64,000 nucleotides of DNA from Phoronis australis (lineage: Eukaryota > Animalia > Phoronida): contig NMRA01000489.1 in NCBI GenBank assembly GCA_002633005.1, forward strand, positions 244,710 to 308,709. Direction: 5' to 3'. The notes beneath the pieces were generated by a model. It was not told the origin of the DNA. It made no database searches and saw only the letters and a list, made by a program, of their open reading frames with translations. Positions 62,101 to 64,000 of the stretch are shown here, piece after piece. The position numbers and the translations under genes were made by a program. The stretch's first letter is position 1. The number at the start of each line of letters is the position of its first letter.

Positions 62101-63845
62101 CTGTTAATTTCACCAAGTGTCGCTCCTCGGAACGCTTTCATTTGGAAAGTCACATCAGTCAACATGCCTGACAGGTGTCATTACTTTACATCATACATTT
62201 ATGTAATGCTGCAAAACCAAAATACGGCATTACTTTTCAAGCCATTTAAAAATTAATGCTGTAACGAATACATAAAATGCTGCTTGTTTATTTGTAACTT
62301 TGTCTCTTCTATGTACATATTACACAATTCTAAATATCCTATAGACCTAAGCAGTGTACACATGAAGACAAGTGCCCAGTATGTAGGACAAGTTTTGAAA
62401 TTTTAACAGCAGGTTAGTGAACACAGGGACTAGGTTTATATAAGAATTGCCATCACGAGACACACATCAACAGGGCAAAATTATGATGTGATGTGGTGTC
62501 CCTGAGTTCAGGAAGCAGCTTTTGTTGCCAAGTCATTCAAAGTCATATTTATTGCCAGTCAAAAGCCAGGACATGGCTGTCATAAAAATAGTTGAATGTC
62601 TTCTCTCTTTAAGTACTAGACAATCTAATTTGAGACAAGAACATGCCATTTTTAATGAAAATACCGTACTGCAACTACTGCCGTAGTAGCAAGTTTATTC
62701 AAAATCTGAAAACCAGAGTTCCTAATCAATACCTCAATCTTCCACCCCAATGGTTCCCCATCTGCTGAATAAATCGTTTGTTCATTAACATGTTGGCATA
62801 TAACGTATTATGTACATAGTTACAGATTTAATTGCTGACATTTAAACCCAGGTGTGTCGACAGTGTCACTACTCAGTTGTCTACATACTGTTTCCATGCA
62901 TTGCACCCAAAAGGTAAAATATCATTGATGTAGGACACAATATGGAGATATGCGAAATTTTATTTCCTCATCTTTTACCCAAAATTAAATGTTTTCCACA
63001 TTAATAACTTGTACCTTAGTTACCATAGATATCACCAGGCTATATTCTGAAAATTGTTGGGCACTTACAACAATGTTAGAGGCAATTAAAAAATAAAAAA
63101 GAACAATTCTGACCATTATTTTTGTCAGAAAATTGGTGAGATTCTACTATAATTAACTTCTTTGACAATATTGTCAATTATCGAATTGTATTGTCTCACT
63201 TAATCAGCTGCCTCCGTTGCCAAAGATCACATTCAATAACTTTTCAATGCTATTAATTTTTGGCACGATCATAAAACTTCTTAATAATAGGAAATCCTAG
63301 ACGAACACTGAAACTTATTAAGTGCAGAAAGGAAATGCATATTTTCTCAGAAAACAAGATTTTTCATGGAGATTGCCATAAGTAACAGCATGATTATTTT
63401 CACACGAAACTTTTCAATTCTGTACATTTGACTGGCACTGCACATTTGACTGGCACTGCACATTTGACTCGCACTCTACATTTAACTCGTACTGTACAAA
63501 TTAATTCTTACCTAACTTAGGCAACAGGCACACTGGCAAGTCAGCTGATCCGTTCTGTGAAGTTGTCACTGGTGTGGGTCCATTGGATGCTGACAGAGAT
63601 TTAGCAACTGAATTTAAGGGTTGGCCAGTGACTGGGTTAGATTTAGCCTCTGAACTTGCACCGCTGCCATCTGTTGGCCAGCTACTGTTTTTGAGTGACG
63701 TATCAACGAAAAGAACTTTCTTGAACGAGTTGAAGCTCAGTGTAGCAAAGTTGAAGTTGTTGTACACGAGGAAGCTGACAAAATACTGTAGGCCGATGAC
63801 AGCAAGGAAGATGACAAAAATAGCGACTTTGACCTTGGGTGACAT
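47194..63845 (-). CDS. bre-4: GT7 beta-1,4-N-acetylgalactosaminyltransferase (bre-4/B4GALT-like), complement(join(47194..47199,50055..50193,50484..50588,53907..54029,55013..55200,58513..58748,63512..63845)), 376 aa from the Met at 63845
   Basis: Type II membrane N-terminus, stem, then KVAIVIPYRNR..HL, FNRAMLMN.G, CFIFSDVDL.P, PRH.S, FGGVSAL, GWGGEDDD, Y.MI.H, DGLNSL.Y. All junctions are GT-AG and phase-compatible (1,0,2,2,2,0); total 1131 nt. Confidence 0.9.
47531..47645. repeat. ~56-bp tandem duplication
   Basis: aatctagagtaattctcag(c/t)gctccag..a.tactcaagaaag...caccaat twice. Confidence 0.8.
49551..49680. repeat. 14-bp tandem repeat, ~9 copies
   Basis: Unit tcagtctca(c/t)aata. Confidence 0.93.
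50055..50193 (-). CDS. B4GalNAcT exon (not in ORF track)
   Basis: gtgcag|G...ATGAAG|gtaagc, 139 nt: FQMLRTGSQRFKTDGLNSLKYKLLGVELKPLFTWVNVEIDEKEVMK. Confidence 0.93.
50484..50588 (-). CDS. B4GalNAcT exon (not in ORF track)
   Basis: tttcag|A...CAG CG|gtgagt, 105 nt: IKANGYRISRYPLAIARYKMISHKNDDGNRPNEQ(R). Confidence 0.93.
52475..52520. repeat. 13-bp tandem repeat, ~3.5 copies
   Basis: Unit ca(c/t)ctgctggtct. Confidence 0.85.
52880..53293 (+). pseudogene. Decayed HIRAN-like domain ORF at the right end of a TIR DNA element, antisense within a B4GalNAcT intron
   Basis: GYK*IWIPVEG / NPVEKYVASVLKGQTIVGHVTRKFSKTLVFILKHGRRLKCIVTAKYRHSSEARGQQIPRTMTFSG, followed by three gg(g/a)c(g/a)ctta sub-terminal repeats and ggtgaatagcgta. 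Confidence 0.55.
53907..54029 (-). CDS. B4GalNAcT exon with GWGGEDDD motif (not in ORF track)
   Basis: ttccag|A...AAC AG|gtaggg, 123 nt: (K)LPYADIFGGVSALTTEQFRKVNGYANKFFGWGGEDDDMAN(R). Confidence 0.95.
55013..55200 (-). CDS. B4GalNAcT exon with DVD metal-binding motif
   Basis: tttcag|GCT...TAC AA|gtaagt, 188 nt: APPTRFNRAMLMNIGFAEG...CFIFSDVDLIPEDDRNIYSCPAQPRHMSVSIDKFNY. Confidence 0.95.
56109..56697. repeat. 56-bp minisatellite, ~10.5 copies
   Basis: Unit ccttttcaacactgcttgtagtgcatgtgcagtgacatagcttgtgactggttaaa, starting at 56109, 56165, 56221 and so on. Confidence 0.97.
58513..58748 (-). CDS. B4GalNAcT exon
   Basis: ttgtag|TT...AATCAG|gtgagt, 236 nt: (V)GRIKVFTENVPSLDELAQLHPELEPGGRWRPKNCKAEHKVAIVIPYRNREAHL...VVNQ. 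Confidence 0.95.
58940..59153 (-). mobile_element. tRNA-derived SINE, copy 2
   Basis: A box TGGCTCAGTAG, B box AGTTCAAATCC, same body as 36370-36586. Confidence 0.8.
61022..62142 (-). mobile_element. Family C, copy 2 (inverted)
   Basis: Terminal hairpin tacttggc-aaaataaatttc-gccaagta (61025-61052). Shared blocks include atcggatccaagatggcggctgtgg, gcgcatgcgcacctcgattt and ttcaagatggcggatctggcg. A more diverged related end lies at ~57770-57940. Confidence 0.8.
63424..63498. repeat. 18-bp tandem repeat, ~4 copies, just inside the donor at 63511
   Basis: Unit acatttgactggcactgc. Confidence 0.85.
63512..63845 (-). CDS. B4GalNAcT exon: cytoplasmic tail, transmembrane anchor, Ser/Thr/Pro-rich stem
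   Basis: MSPKVKVAIFVIFLAVIGLQYFVSFLVY...LPVCLLPKL, donor gtaag after 63512. An acceptor AG at 63872-63871 leaves the frame open (LAKRCPSR-M), so the true start may lie in an exon beyond the window. Confidence 0.85.
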
Positions 63846-64000
63846 CCTGGATGGACACCGCTTGGCGAGCCTACAATGACAACCATTGAATGTAGTACAA
63901 GAACAACTGTATCAGTGATCTCCAAACTGTTTGACCTGTCACTGCATCGAGTTTGAATTTGCCGTGACGAGTTTGGCTTGCTTACTTGTGTCAAGTCAGG

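Noticed and set aside
63574-63994. ORFs 63574-63879 (+) and 63737-63994 (-)
   Set aside because: Antisense or off-frame shadows of the GT7 exon at 63512-63845.

Overview
AT-rich metazoan (probably invertebrate; taxon not determinable here) genomic DNA with spliceosomal introns. I reconstructed three spliced genes by hand from GT-AG sites and codon phase. (1) The 3' part of a Popeye-domain gene of POPDC2/3 type on + (exons 560-712, 1921-2074, 2898-3052). (2) A tandem Popeye paralogue of BVES/POPDC1 type on + (16013-16078, 38037-38590, 40591-40708, 40941-41232, 43637-43713; 368 aa, ending ETSV). (3) A convergent GT7-family beta-1,4-glycosyltransferase on - (63845 to 47194, 7 coding exons), whose donor-site Ile predicts a bre-4-type beta-1,4-GalNAc transferase. 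Introns and intergenic DNA hold decayed mobile DNA: a Penelope GIY-YIG remnant, an L1/Tx1 remnant split by a MITE, MITEs with 2-, 3- and 5-bp TSDs, Helentron/HINE-like elements, tRNA-headed SINEs and a TIR element carrying a HIRAN-like ORF. There are also minisatellites and one 122-N gap. I found no CRISPR array, rRNA or intact tRNA, and no wholly new system is demonstrated. The best leads are the Popdc tandem and its synteny, CTCF-like motif arrays inside HINE-like repeats, and the HIRAN-carrying element. Family assignments come from recalled motifs, not database searches.
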